From assembly GCA_963766735.1 (NCBI GenBank), contig CAVYBU010000007.1, positions 160,001 through 224,000 on the forward strand: a stretch of DNA of 64,000 nt, read 5' to 3'. The stretch's first letter is position 1; every line of letters starts with the position of its first letter. The notes below the pieces were generated by a model. It did not search any database. It saw nothing but the letters and a program-made list of their open reading frames with translations, and was not told the origin of the DNA. The stretch is from an uncultured Chloroflexia bacterium (GTDB lineage: Bacteria > Chloroflexota > Limnocylindria > Limnocylindrales > CSP1-4). Below, one piece after another: positions 27,364 to 36,348 of the stretch. Both the position numbers and the translations under genes were made by a program.

Positions 27364-28095
27364 TCATCCGGGGGCTGCGAACGCCTCCTCGGCCAACGCG
27401 TCGACATCGCCTGCGACAACCTCGACGTCGGCCTCGCGGCCTGCGCCCTCGAACATGGAGAGCTGGTCGCCGGCGACCAGGACCCGGAGGGCCTGGAAGC
27501 TCCGCCGATGATGCGGAGTCAGGCCGTGTGCACGGATTGCATCGCGGTGCTCCTGGGTCGCGTACCCGGAGTTCCGTTCCCAGCCATATTCCGGGTAACG
27601 CTGCGCCAGGCGGGTCATCATCCGGTCCCGCACCGTCTTCGCCACGACGGACGCGCACGCGATCGAGTACACGAGGGCATCACCGTTGACGATCGCGGTG
27701 TACGGACCGACCTCGCGCTCGAAGCCGGCGATGCGCAGGCCGTCAACGAGGACATGATCGTGGTCGCCCAGGCGCTCGATCGCCCGGCGCATCGCCAGGT
27801 GGGTGGCGTGGTAGATGTTCAGCCGGTCGATATCGGCGACCGACGCTGCCCCCACGCCCACGGCGATGGCGCGACGACGGATCACGGGCGACAGACGCTC
27901 CCGCTGCGCCGCCGAGAGGGTCTTGGAGTCACGGACGCCGGGGATGCGGCGGCAGTTGGGCGGCATGATCACGGCGGCCGCGACAACGGCACCGCACGTC
28001 GGCGCCACTCCCACCTCGTCCACGCCCACGACCCGCATGGCGCCGTCGCGCCACAACGGGCGCTCCCAGCGAAGGCTCGGGACGATGATGGTCAT
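27364..28095 (-). CDS. rnhB: Ribonuclease HII (variant active-site loop; C-terminal QLSMF motif)
   Basis: GVDEVG, VRDSKTLS, NIYHAT, LVDG, GDA..YSIACASVVAK, HRRSF. Confidence 0.93.
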   Translation of the reverse strand: MTIIVPSLRWERPLWRDGAMRVVGVDEVGVAPTCGAVVAAAVIMPPNCRRIPGVRDSKTLSAAQRERLSPVIRRRAIAVGVGAASVADIDRLNIYHATHLAMRRAIERLGDHDHVLVDGLRIAGFEREVGPYTAIVNGDALVYSIACASVVAKTVRDRMMTRLAQRYPEYGWERNSGYATQEHRDAIRAHGLTPHHRRSFQALRVLVAGDQLSMFEGAGREADVEVVAGDVDALAEEAFAAPG

Positions 28096-28482
28096 CGCCG
28101 GACAGCGTACCGCGCCGCGCGCCATTCACGGTCGGGTCCGAACCGGCATGGGCCGCGCTCTGCGTCGTCCGGCCCACCTGGCGTCCGACCGACCGGACCC
28201 GCGGCCGCCCAGGGCCCCAAATCGGGGACGTGGAGCGGCAGCGGGCGCTGTTCACCACCGAGGCGATGACGCCCGAGGTGGCGGAGCACCTCGCTGCCAT
28301 GAATGACCGCGGGGAGGGGCAGCGCCGCAGCTCCGTGATGTGGCTCCCGATGGGAGCGCGGCCAGACGGCTGCTGTCCGGATGTGGCTCCGGACGACCGC
28401 GGGCTGTCACCCGACGACAACGAGTCGCTCGTGTGATCCTGTTCCCTGGGTGCCTGAGGCGCTCGTCACGACGGGAGATGCG

Positions 28483-28992
28483 ATGCCCATCAGGGTGAGG
28501 CCTGCGACGGACGCGGATGTCCGGGAGTTCGCGGCATGGAGCTACGACCCGCCGTACGACGTGTACGACACCAGGATGGATCCGGACGACGCGGTGGACT
28601 ACTTCCTGGGATCCGATATCCACTGCCACGTGCTCGTCGACGGGGACGACGTCGTCGGGTATTGCACGTTCGGTCGGGACGCCCAGGTTCCCGGCGGCGA
28701 CTACGAGGGCGAAGGCCTTGACATGGGACTCGGCGTGAAGCCGTCCCGAACTGGATCCGGCGACGGTCACCAATTCATCGCGGCAGTTGTCGCCTACGCC
28801 ACGGAGACCTTCGAACCTCGCCAGCTTCGGGTAACGATCGCCGCAGGCAACCGGCGTGCCCTCCGTGCCTGGTCGGGCGCCGGTTTCACCGAAGTCTCAC
28901 GGTTTGGCAGTGCGCCCGAGGTGATGGGGTCGACGGAGTTCGTGGTCCTCGTGTGCGAGGCAAACCGGAGAGTGCAGGGAGGGCGGGTCTGA
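28483..28992 (+). CDS. GNAT family N-acetyltransferase (RimJ/RimL-like)
   Basis: ATG 28483 after GGGAG; WSYDPPYDVYD, LDMGLGVKPSRTGSGDG (acetyl-CoA loop), IAAGNRRALRAWSGAGF. Confidence 0.85.
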   Translation: MPIRVRPATDADVREFAAWSYDPPYDVYDTRMDPDDAVDYFLGSDIHCHVLVDGDDVVGYCTFGRDAQVPGGDYEGEGLDMGLGVKPSRTGSGDGHQFIAAVVAYATETFEPRQLRVTIAAGNRRALRAWSGAGFTEVSRFGSAPEVMGSTEFVVLVCEANRRVQGGRV

Positions 28993-29033
28993 GGCCGCGA
29001 ACCGCGCGACCCGCGGTGGCTCCGGACATGAAG

Positions 29034-29058
29034 CGACCCCCGTGCGCGACGGGGGTCG
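29034..29058. terminator. Hairpin between the convergent GNAT and rplS genes (probable bidirectional terminator)
   Basis: cgacccccgt-gcgcg-acgggggtcg perfect 10-bp stem. Confidence 0.6.
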
Positions 29059-29092
29059 TTCGGGTCGCGCGGCCGATGGCCTCGGCCGGGAG

Positions 29093-29437
29093 CTAGCGTC
29101 GTTCGCGGAGCGTGGTCGCTGCCTTGCCGACGCGGTTGCGCAGGAAGTACAGCTTGGCGCGACGAACCTGACCGTGGCGTACGACCTCGATCCGCTCGAT
29201 CCGCGGGCTGTTCAGCTTGAAGGTGCGCTCCACGCCGACCCCGGAGGCGATGCGGCGAACGGTGATCGTGGACGCGATCCCGCTGTTGCGCATCCGCATC
29301 ACGAGGCCTTCGAAGACCTGCACGCGCTCGCGGGTGCCCTCGACGACCTTGGCGGCCACCTTCACGGTGTCACCGGGCGTGATCACCGGGAGGTCGGTGC
29401 GGATCTGGTCCTGGACGATCTCGTTCAGCACGTTCAC
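29093..29437 (-). CDS. rplS: 50S ribosomal protein L19
   Basis: PGDTVKV...[12 protein letters not shown]...[14 protein letters not shown]...[10 protein letters not shown]; extended -10 TGcTATCCT at 29530-29538. Confidence 0.97.
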   Translation of the reverse strand: MNVLNEIVQDQIRTDLPVITPGDTVKVAAKVVEGTRERVQVFEGLVMRMRNSGIASTITVRRIASGVGVERTFKLNSPRIERIEVVRHGQVRRAKLYFLRNRVGKAATTLRERR

Positions 29438-29598
29438 GGGTGTTGGGTCCTTGTCGGTTCGTCAGCAGCGTCGGCCGCGGGGTCTCGGGATCCGGGACGG
29501 CGGCCGGGGAAAGGCACGCGCGACGGCGGAGGATAGCACGGCACCGGCCCGCGTGTCAGATCCGCGTCCCTGCGGGCCAGATTCGGGACGCTGACGAC

Positions 29599-30351
29599 TC
29601 AGGCTGGATCGCCCTCCGCTCCGTCGGCGGCGGGTTCGCGGAGCGCGTCGAGCACCTGCTGCTCCTCCTTGCTCAAGGGCCGATCCTCCAGCAGGTCCGG
29701 CCGCCGCTCCAGCGTCCTGCGCAGGGACTCGCGCAGGCGCCACTTCCGGACCTCCTCGTGATGGCCGGACACGAGGACAGGAGGCACGGACACGCCCTCG
29801 AAGGTTGCCGGACGTGTGTACTGCGGGTACTCCAGCAGGCCGTCGGCGAATGACTCCTCGGAGGTCGAGGCCGCGTCGATGGCGCCCGGGAGCAGCCGCA
29901 GGACGGCATCCACGATCACGAGCGCCGCCAGCTCGCCGCCCGTCAGCACGTAGTCCCCGATCGAGATCTCGCGATCCACCATCGACCGGATCCGCTCGTC
30001 GATGCCCTCGTAGCGCGGGCACAGGAAGACGAGGTGCGTGGCCGCGGCGAGGTCCTGGGCTACGGCCTGGCGGAACGGCTCCCCCGCCGGGTCCACGAGG
30101 ATCACCAATGAGTCCGGCCGGCGAAGCTCCGTGAGCGCCTCCGCGACGGGCTCCGGTCGCAGGACCATCCCGGCCCCGCCACCATACGTGTAGTCGTCCA
30201 CGGCGCGGTGGCGGCCCATGCCCCACTGGCGCAGGTCGCGGACGCGGACCTGGGCAAGGCCGCGCTCCAGGATGCGGCCCGGGATGCTCTCCCGCAGGGG
30301 CCCCTCGACCATCGGCGGGAAGAGGGTGAGGACGTCGATCTCGAGCGGCAT
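29599..30351 (-). CDS. trmD: tRNA (guanine37-N1)-methyltransferase
   Basis: [42 protein letters not shown]. Confidence 0.97.
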   Translation of the reverse strand: MPLEIDVLTLFPPMVEGPLRESIPGRILERGLAQVRVRDLRQWGMGRHRAVDDYTYGGGAGMVLRPEPVAEALTELRRPDSLVILVDPAGEPFRQAVAQDLAAATHLVFLCPRYEGIDERIRSMVDREISIGDYVLTGGELAALVIVDAVLRLLPGAIDAASTSEESFADGLLEYPQYTRPATFEGVSVPPVLVSGHHEEVRKWRLRESLRRTLERRPDLLEDRPLSKEEQQVLDALREPAADGAEGDPA

Positions 30352-31082
30352 CAGCCCGTCGGGCTGGCGTCGTCCGATCCCGCCGGGGCGGGTGGGCGGG
30401 CCTTCGGCCGGGGCACCCCGTCCGTTCCGGGAGCGGCGGCCACCGGGCGCGGCTTCGGGGGTTTCGGCTTCTTCTTCGGCTTGCGGTCGCGCGGCCGGAC
30501 GTAGTCGTCGTCCTCGACCGGTCGGGCATCGAGCGCCAGCGCGTCGAGGTCCACGATCATCTCGCCGCGGTCGGGCGCCAGCTCGGTCACGATCCCGCGC
30601 ACTCCGGGCACGTCCAGCTCACCACGTGGACCGCGGACCACGAACACCTCGGCACCGCCGGCTCGGTAGATCTCCACGATCGTGCCAAGCTCCTCGCCGG
30701 ACGCGGCGCGGACGTTCAGGCCCTCCAGCTCGTGGAAGAACCAGAGGCCCGGCTCGCGCGGCTCGTCTGGGGCGTCGATCTCGAGGTAGACGTCCCGCAG
30801 CCGCTCCGCGGCGTTCCGGTCCGGGATCTCGCGGAACGTCAGCCACCAGCCGCGACCGTCCGGTACGGGCGAGGCCTCCGAGATGGTCAGCTTCTCCTGC
30901 GTGCCCTCCAGGTAGAGGGCGACGCCCGGGACCAGGCGGTCTTCCGGGCGGTCCGTGAGCAGCTCCACGCGGACGTGCCCGCGCAGCCCGCGGAACCCGC
31001 GGACGAGCGCGACGACGAGGCGTGTGGGCTCGCCGCCACCCGACGCGGGGCCTCCGGCGTGAGACGTGTTCGAGGGAGCCAG
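30351..31082 (-). CDS. rimM: Ribosome maturation factor RimM (probable CTG start)
   Basis: The conserved N-terminal strand [18 protein letters not shown] lies upstream of the track's GTG (30968); PRC-barrel FFHELEGL...ELGTIVEI; located between khpA and trmD. Confidence 0.88.
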   Translation of the reverse strand: MAPSNTSHAGGPASGGGEPTRLVVALVRGFRGLRGHVRVELLTDRPEDRLVPGVALYLEGTQEKLTISEASPVPDGRGWWLTFREIPDRNAAERLRDVYLEIDAPDEPREPGLWFFHELEGLNVRAASGEELGTIVEIYRAGGAEVFVVRGPRGELDVPGVRGIVTELAPDRGEMIVDLDALALDARPVEDDDYVRPRDRKPKKKPKPPKPRPVAAAPGTDGVPRPKARPPAPAGSDDASPTG

Positions 31083-31092
31083 GATGGCCCCC

Positions 31093-31326
31093 TCAGACGA
31101 TCTCGAGGCTGACCGGCTCGCCCGTGCGGGCGGACGTCACCTTGAGCAGCGTCCGCAGCGCCTTGGCGACGCTGCCGTTGCGCCCGATGACCTTGCCCAT
31201 GTCGGACTCGGCCACGTGCAGCTCGATGATGGTTCCCTCCTCGCCGCGCACGACCTCGACCTTCACGGAATCGGGGTCATCCACGAGGGACTTGGCCACG
31301 TACTCGACAAGCTCTGCGGCTGCCAT
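31093..31326 (-). CDS. khpA: KH-domain RNA-binding protein KhpA (YlqC)
   Basis: LVEYVAKSLVDDPD, DMGKVIGRNG. Confidence 0.93.
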   Translation of the reverse strand: MAAAELVEYVAKSLVDDPDSVKVEVVRGEEGTIIELHVAESDMGKVIGRNGSVAKALRTLLKVTSARTGEPVSLEIV

Positions 31327-31332
31327 CGCGGC

Positions 31333-31587
31333 CTACTTCCCGCCCGGCAGCACGCCGGCCTGCTTGAAGAGCCGCTTGACGGTATCGGACGGCTGGGCTC
31401 CCTTGGCGAGCCAGTCCTTGGCCTTGGCCTCGTCGACCACGAGCTCGATCGGATCGGTGCGGGGGTTGTAGTGCCCGATCGTGTCGATGGCGCGGCCATC
31501 CCGGGCGGAACGGCTGTCGGCGACCACGAGCCGGTACGTCGGCTGCTTCGTCGCCCCGACGCGGGTCAGGCGGATTCGGACGGACAT
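31333..31587 (-). CDS. rpsP: 30S ribosomal protein S16
   Basis: VRIRLTRVG...[13 protein letters not shown]...GAQPSDTV. Confidence 0.97.
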   Translation of the reverse strand: MSVRIRLTRVGATKQPTYRLVVADSRSARDGRAIDTIGHYNPRTDPIELVVDEAKAKDWLAKGAQPSDTVKRLFKQAGVLPGGK

Positions 31588-31668
31588 ATGGTGCGGTGCT
31601 CCTCCATGGGCGGGTCCAAGGGCCGGACCCGCGTTCTCTGGGCTGGGATGGACGTGGTTGGTGGCCGG

Positions 31669-33540
31669 TCAGTCCCCGGTCATGCTGATGACGATGGTTC
31701 CGTTGTCGATCGTCTCACCGGGCGCCATCGTACCGATGATGCTGTCGAACGCCTCGAGGTACGGCTTCGCATTGGCGTCGTAGTCGGCGCGGTCGCCGGC
31801 GGGGACCATCCCCTCGACGAAGCCCCGAACGCCCGCAACGTCGATCCAGGCGAGCGCCGCGCTGCTCGCGTCGGCCTTGGCCAGTGCCGTGGAGAACCGC
31901 TCGGTCTTGGCGAGCGAGTCGCCGGCGCGCGCGTCCAGGACCCCCTTGACGAAATCGCTTCCGTACCCGAGCACGACCACTTCGTCCGTGACGGCGTAGG
32001 CGATGCTGAGGTCCTCCGGCGCCTCGACGGCGCCCTCGGTGGCGGCCCCCAGGAGGCCTCCGATCCCACCGAGATTGACGATGGTGATCGTCGCCCCGGC
32101 GTATTCCTCATCGGTGACGGTGATGCCCGCCGCGGATCCGCCCAGCTGCAGGAAGCCCTTGAGCTGGTCCAGCAACTGGCTGGCCGCGGCCGCGTCGGTG
32201 GGAACGACGACGAGACCACCGCTCACCTGGTCTCCATCGCGAGTGAGGGCCACGCCCGCTTCGCCCATCCAGCCTGCGACGGCGTCGAAGCCGCCGACAA
32301 GTGCCAGCACCTCATCGATCTGCTTGACCGCATCCGCAAGCTGCGGGTCCGACGCGAGCTGCTGCTTGAGCTCCGAGATCGTCTTTCCCACGTCCTGGCC
32401 TTCGAAGAGGACCACTGTGGTCGGCGGCACGAGGCCCGGGATCTTCGATTCCACGTTCTGCGGCGGTCCCGCCGTCTTGGAGTGCGGCGACCGGGTGTCG
32501 ACGATGAAGGCGCCGTCCTGGGCGCGGATGGCTGCAACGGTCCAGGGCGGCACGGCGTCCTGGAGCATCGCGGGCAGTTCGGGAAGATCCGCCGCAGCAT
32601 CACCGGCGAGGCTCATGGCTCCCCCGGCGATCGCGGCCGTGTCCAGGTACACGAAGCCCAGGCGGTCCCCGGTGACCGAGGCCGCGGCCTCCTGGAACTG
32701 CGGGTCCGTGGACAGACCCGACGTGCCGCCGGTGTCGATAGCGGCCTTGACGGACGCCAGATCTCCCAGGGCCAGGACCGGACCGACGACGGCATAGGCC
32801 GCCTTCATGTCCTTTGTCTCACCGCCTGAGCCTGCCGGCGGAGTCACGGTGGTGATGGTGGTTCCACCGTAGGTCTCGGTGGCCGAGGCGCCACCCTCGG
32901 TCTTGACCAGGTCGTCAGCCCAGGCCGTTGCCTTGGCGCCGTCCTTGACGCTCAGGAGCACGAGGGCACGCGCGCCGGCCGGGTCCGCCGTCTGCGGCAG
33001 CGGGCCGACGCTCGCCCCAACCTGGCCGCCGAACCACGGCTCGATATCGTTCTTGTAGCCCTGCATGCCATCGGTTGCCTGCCCGACCAGCTGGTCGAGG
33101 GCCTCCGAGAGCTTGACCGGAAACGCGGCCTGGTCCTGGAAGCCCGGGAAGGCCTTCATGACCTCGGCCAGTTCGGCACTCTGGGTGCCGGGCAGATCCA
33201 GCCTCAGCTCCGCATACGCGACGCTGTCGGAAGGCGTCCAGGCGAGGACATCCGGGTCGCCCGAGTCACCGGTGAGCAGGAGCCCCGCGCCCGCCACCGT
33301 GCCGACGACCAGCAGCGTGACGAGGGCCGCGACAAGCCACTTCAGGCGGCTGCGACCGGGGCGAGCGGTGGTGGTCTGCTCGACGGCCGTGGGCGCCACC
33401 GGCTCGATCGCCGGCACCGGCGGCGGGGGCGCGGCGGGTGCCTCTCCGGCCGACGGTGCTCCGGCGCCGGCGAGGTCCGCACCGGCCGGGGTGTCCTGGG
33501 CCGGCGGCTCGTACCGCTGGGTCGGATCCTGATCGGTCAT
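31669..33540 (-). CDS. Membrane-anchored DUF3352-like protein
   Basis: Pro-rich N-terminus, single TM helix, P.DSVAYAELRL, DIEPWFGGQVG and a twofold internal repeat (ETYGGTTIT / EEYAGATIT); family recognised from memory, not searched. Confidence 0.65.
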   Translation of the reverse strand: MTDQDPTQRYEPPAQDTPAGADLAGAGAPSAGEAPAAPPPPVPAIEPVAPTAVEQTTTARPGRSRLKWLVAALVTLLVVGTVAGAGLLLTGDSGDPDVLAWTPSDSVAYAELRLDLPGTQSAELAEVMKAFPGFQDQAAFPVKLSEALDQLVGQATDGMQGYKNDIEPWFGGQVGASVGPLPQTADPAGARALVLLSVKDGAKATAWADDLVKTEGGASATETYGGTTITTVTPPAGSGGETKDMKAAYAVVGPVLALGDLASVKAAIDTGGTSGLSTDPQFQEAAASVTGDRLGFVYLDTAAIAGGAMSLAGDAAADLPELPAMLQDAVPPWTVAAIRAQDGAFIVDTRSPHSKTAGPPQNVESKIPGLVPPTTVVLFEGQDVGKTISELKQQLASDPQLADAVKQIDEVLALVGGFDAVAGWMGEAGVALTRDGDQVSGGLVVVPTDAAAASQLLDQLKGFLQLGGSAAGITVTDEEYAGATITIVNLGGIGGLLGAATEGAVEAPEDLSIAYAVTDEVVVLGYGSDFVKGVLDARAGDSLAKTERFSTALAKADASSAALAWIDVAGVRGFVEGMVPAGDRADYDANAKPYLEAFDSIIGTMAPGETIDNGTIVISMTGD

Positions 33541-33554
33541 CGCACAATCCCCAC

Positions 33555-34886
33555 TTAGCGGCGTCCCATCATGCCCATCGCTGCCCGGCGGCCCCCGGGC
33601 CCCGAGAGCTGCTTCATCAGTTTCTGCATCTCGCCGAACTGTTTCACGAGCCGATTGACCTCAGGTAGCGAGGTTCCGGACCCATTCGCGATCCGGCGGC
33701 GGCGCGACGCGTTGAGCACGCCGGGCTCCCGGCGCTCGCGAGGGGTCATCGACAGGATGATCGCCTCGGTGCGCTTCAGCTCCCCGCGATCCACCGCGGC
33801 CTGGGCCTCCTTGGCCATGCCGCCCATGCCCGGGATCATCGACATGATCTGGCCCATCGGCCCCATCTTCTCCATCTGGCGCATGGAGTCCAGCATGTCC
33901 TCGAGGGTGAACGACGCCTTGCGGACCTTCTCCTCGAGCTTGGCGGCCTGCTTCTCGTCGAAGGCATCCTGGGCCCGCTCCACGAGGCTGAGGATGTCGC
34001 CCATCCCCAGGATGCGGCCGGCCAGGCGGTCCGGATGGAACACTTCGAGGGCGTCTGTCTTCTCGCCGGTGCCCAGGAACTTGACCCCGATCCCGGTGAC
34101 GGCACCGATCGAGAGCGCCGCTCCGCCCCGGGCGTCGCCGTCGATCTTGGTCAGCACCAGCCCCGTCACGGGCACGGCAGCCGCGAACCCCTGGGCGACG
34201 GTCACGGCCTCCTGGCCGGTCATCGCGTCCACGACGAGGAGCGTCTCCACCGGTTTGGTGGCCGCGGCGACCGCGCGGATCTCGTCCATGAGGGCGTCGT
34301 CGATGGTGAGACGACCTGCGGTGTCGATGATCACGACATCTCGCCCAGTCCGCCTGGCGACCTCGATCCCACCCAGCGCGATGTCCACGGTTGGCGTGCC
34401 CGCAGGCGCCCGGTGGACGGGGATGCCGAGGCTCTTGCCCAGCGTTTCGAGCTGGTCTGCGGCGGCGGGCCGGTAGGGGTCCGCGGCGACCAGGAGCGGC
34501 TGGCGCCCCAGCTTGACCACGTGCTTCGCCAGCTTTGCCGCCGACGTCGTCTTGCCCGAGCCCTGGAGGCCCACGAGCGCCACCACGGCGGGATTGCCCA
34601 CGAGCTTGAAGTTGCGGTCACCGGTGGAGAGCAGTGCGGTCAGCTCGTCGTTGACGATCTTCACCACCTGCTGGCCCGCGGTCAGGCTCTCCAGGACCTC
34701 CGCACCGATGGCGCGCGCGCGCACGCGGGCGACGAAGTCCTTGACCACCTTGAAGTTGACATCAGCCTCGAGAAGGGCGAGTCGAACCTCTCGCATCGCC
34801 GCATCGACATCTGCCTCGGAGACGCGGCCGCGCCCGGTCAGGCCCGCGAGGGTTGTGCGGAGGCGGTCACTGAGGCTGTCGAACAT
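33555..34886 (-). CDS. ffh: Signal recognition particle protein Ffh
   Basis: MFDSLSDRL, GLQGSGKTT, DTAGR, TKIDGDARGGAALS, Met-rich M domain RRRRIANGSG. Confidence 0.97.
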   Translation of the reverse strand: MFDSLSDRLRTTLAGLTGRGRVSEADVDAAMREVRLALLEADVNFKVVKDFVARVRARAIGAEVLESLTAGQQVVKIVNDELTALLSTGDRNFKLVGNPAVVALVGLQGSGKTTSAAKLAKHVVKLGRQPLLVAADPYRPAAADQLETLGKSLGIPVHRAPAGTPTVDIALGGIEVARRTGRDVVIIDTAGRLTIDDALMDEIRAVAAATKPVETLLVVDAMTGQEAVTVAQGFAAAVPVTGLVLTKIDGDARGGAALSIGAVTGIGVKFLGTGEKTDALEVFHPDRLAGRILGMGDILSLVERAQDAFDEKQAAKLEEKVRKASFTLEDMLDSMRQMEKMGPMGQIMSMIPGMGGMAKEAQAAVDRGELKRTEAIILSMTPRERREPGVLNASRRRRIANGSGTSLPEVNRLVKQFGEMQKLMKQLSGPGGRRAAMGMMGRR

Positions 34887-35040
34887 GGAACTGCGGCGAC
34901 CCTGGGTAATGGCTGAGGTCAGGCCGACGGGCAGAAGCCGGTCGGATGGTGCGCGGGTTCTGGCGACACCGAGGCGGAGCGAGTGTACGACATGGCCCCG
35001 GGGGGTGCCTGAGGACCGACGGTACGAGTACCCTCGCCCG

Positions 35041-36348
35041 GTGATCTCGGACCCGCTCCTCGACCCGGTCCCGCCGACCCACGACATCACCCCGACGCCC
35101 AGCCTGTGGCGCAACGGCACGTTCCTGCGTGTCTGGGGCGCGGCCACGATCTCCGTGTTCGGCAGCTACGTGACCCGCATCGCGCTGCCGTTCGTGGCGA
35201 TCCTGACGCTGCGGGCCGGCCCGATCGAGGTCGCGATCCTGCGCAGCCTGGAGCTGGTCGCGGCACTGATCGTCGGGCTGGTGGCCGGTGCCTGGGTTGA
35301 CCGGCTCCGGCGACGCCCTGTTCTCATCTGGGCGGACATCGGTCGCGCGGCACTCCTGGGCAGCATCCCGCTGGCAGCGATCGGGGGCTGGCTGACCCTC
35401 CCGCAGGTGTTCTTCGTGGCGGCGGCTGCCGCGATCCTCACGACCTTCTTCGACGTGGCGGACCAGGCCTACCTGCCGACGATCGTGCCGCGATCTGACC
35501 TGGTGCGCGCGAACGGTGCCCTCGCCGCGACGTTCTCCGCGGTCGAGTTCGTCGCGTTCGGCGTCGCAGGCTTCCTGGTCAACCTGCTGACCGCACCGTT
35601 GGCGATCCTCATCGACGCGATCTCGTTCGTCGTCTCGGCCGGCTTCCTGGGATCGATCCGAAGTCCCGAGCCGCCGCCGCCGCCCGCGGCAGAACGGGAA
35701 CCCGTCCTGGACGAGATCCGGGAGGGTCTTCGGCTCGTCCGCCACGACCCGATCCTCCGCGGGCTCGTCGGAGGAACCATGGGCCTGGCCGCGATGTGGG
35801 GCATCTTCGGGGCTGTCTGGCTGCTGTTCGTGGTCGATGAGCTTGGGCTGGACCCGGCATTGATCGGGGTGATCGCGGCGCTGGGCGGGTTCGGATCGCT
35901 CCTGGGGGCACTCCTGGCGTCGCGCGCGGCCGCCCGATTCGGGATCGGCAACGTCATCATCGCCTCGACGCTGTTCGCGGCCTTCGGCAACCTCCTGATC
36001 CCGCTCGCGCCTGCCGGGCTGCCCCTCGTGGCAATCGCATGCCTGCTGGGGCAGCAGCTGATCGGCGACACGGCGGTCACCGCGTTCGACGTGACCGAGA
36101 TATCGGTCCGCCAATCTCGCGTGGGCGACCGGCAGCTGGGGCGGGTGAACGCGACCGTACGGGTCGCGATGGTGCTGGCCCAGCTCGCTGCAACGCTTCT
36201 CGGGGGCCTGCTGGCGGAGCTGATCGGGTTGCGCGCCGCCGCGTTCCTGGCGCCAATCGGAGCCCTCCTCGGCGCGTGGGCGCTGTACGCGTCGCCGGTG
36301 CGACACCTCCGCCAGATCGAGGCGCCGCGCGCCGGGGTCCAGCCCTAG
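35041..36348 (+). CDS. MFS transporter (MFS_3/EntS-like)
   Basis: About 12 hydrophobic segments, GAWVDRLRRR motif A, LGRVNA; GTG at 35041 is 6 nt after TACCCT. Confidence 0.9.
   Translation: MISDPLLDPVPPTHDITPTPSLWRNGTFLRVWGAATISVFGSYVTRIALPFVAILTLRAGPIEVAILRSLELVAALIVGLVAGAWVDRLRRRPVLIWADIGRAALLGSIPLAAIGGWLTLPQVFFVAAAAAILTTFFDVADQAYLPTIVPRSDLVRANGALAATFSAVEFVAFGVAGFLVNLLTAPLAILIDAISFVVSAGFLGSIRSPEPPPPPAAEREPVLDEIREGLRLVRHDPILRGLVGGTMGLAAMWGIFGAVWLLFVVDELGLDPALIGVIAALGGFGSLLGALLASRAAARFGIGNVIIASTLFAAFGNLLIPLAPAGLPLVAIACLLGQQLIGDTAVTAFDVTEISVRQSRVGDRQLGRVNATVRVAMVLAQLAATLLGGLLAELIGLRAAAFLAPIGALLGAWALYASPVRHLRQIEAPRAGVQP

Noticed and set aside
34887-35040. SRP RNA (ffs) next to ffh
   Set aside because: The conserved CAGG..GNRA..AGCA domain IV motif was not found on either strand.
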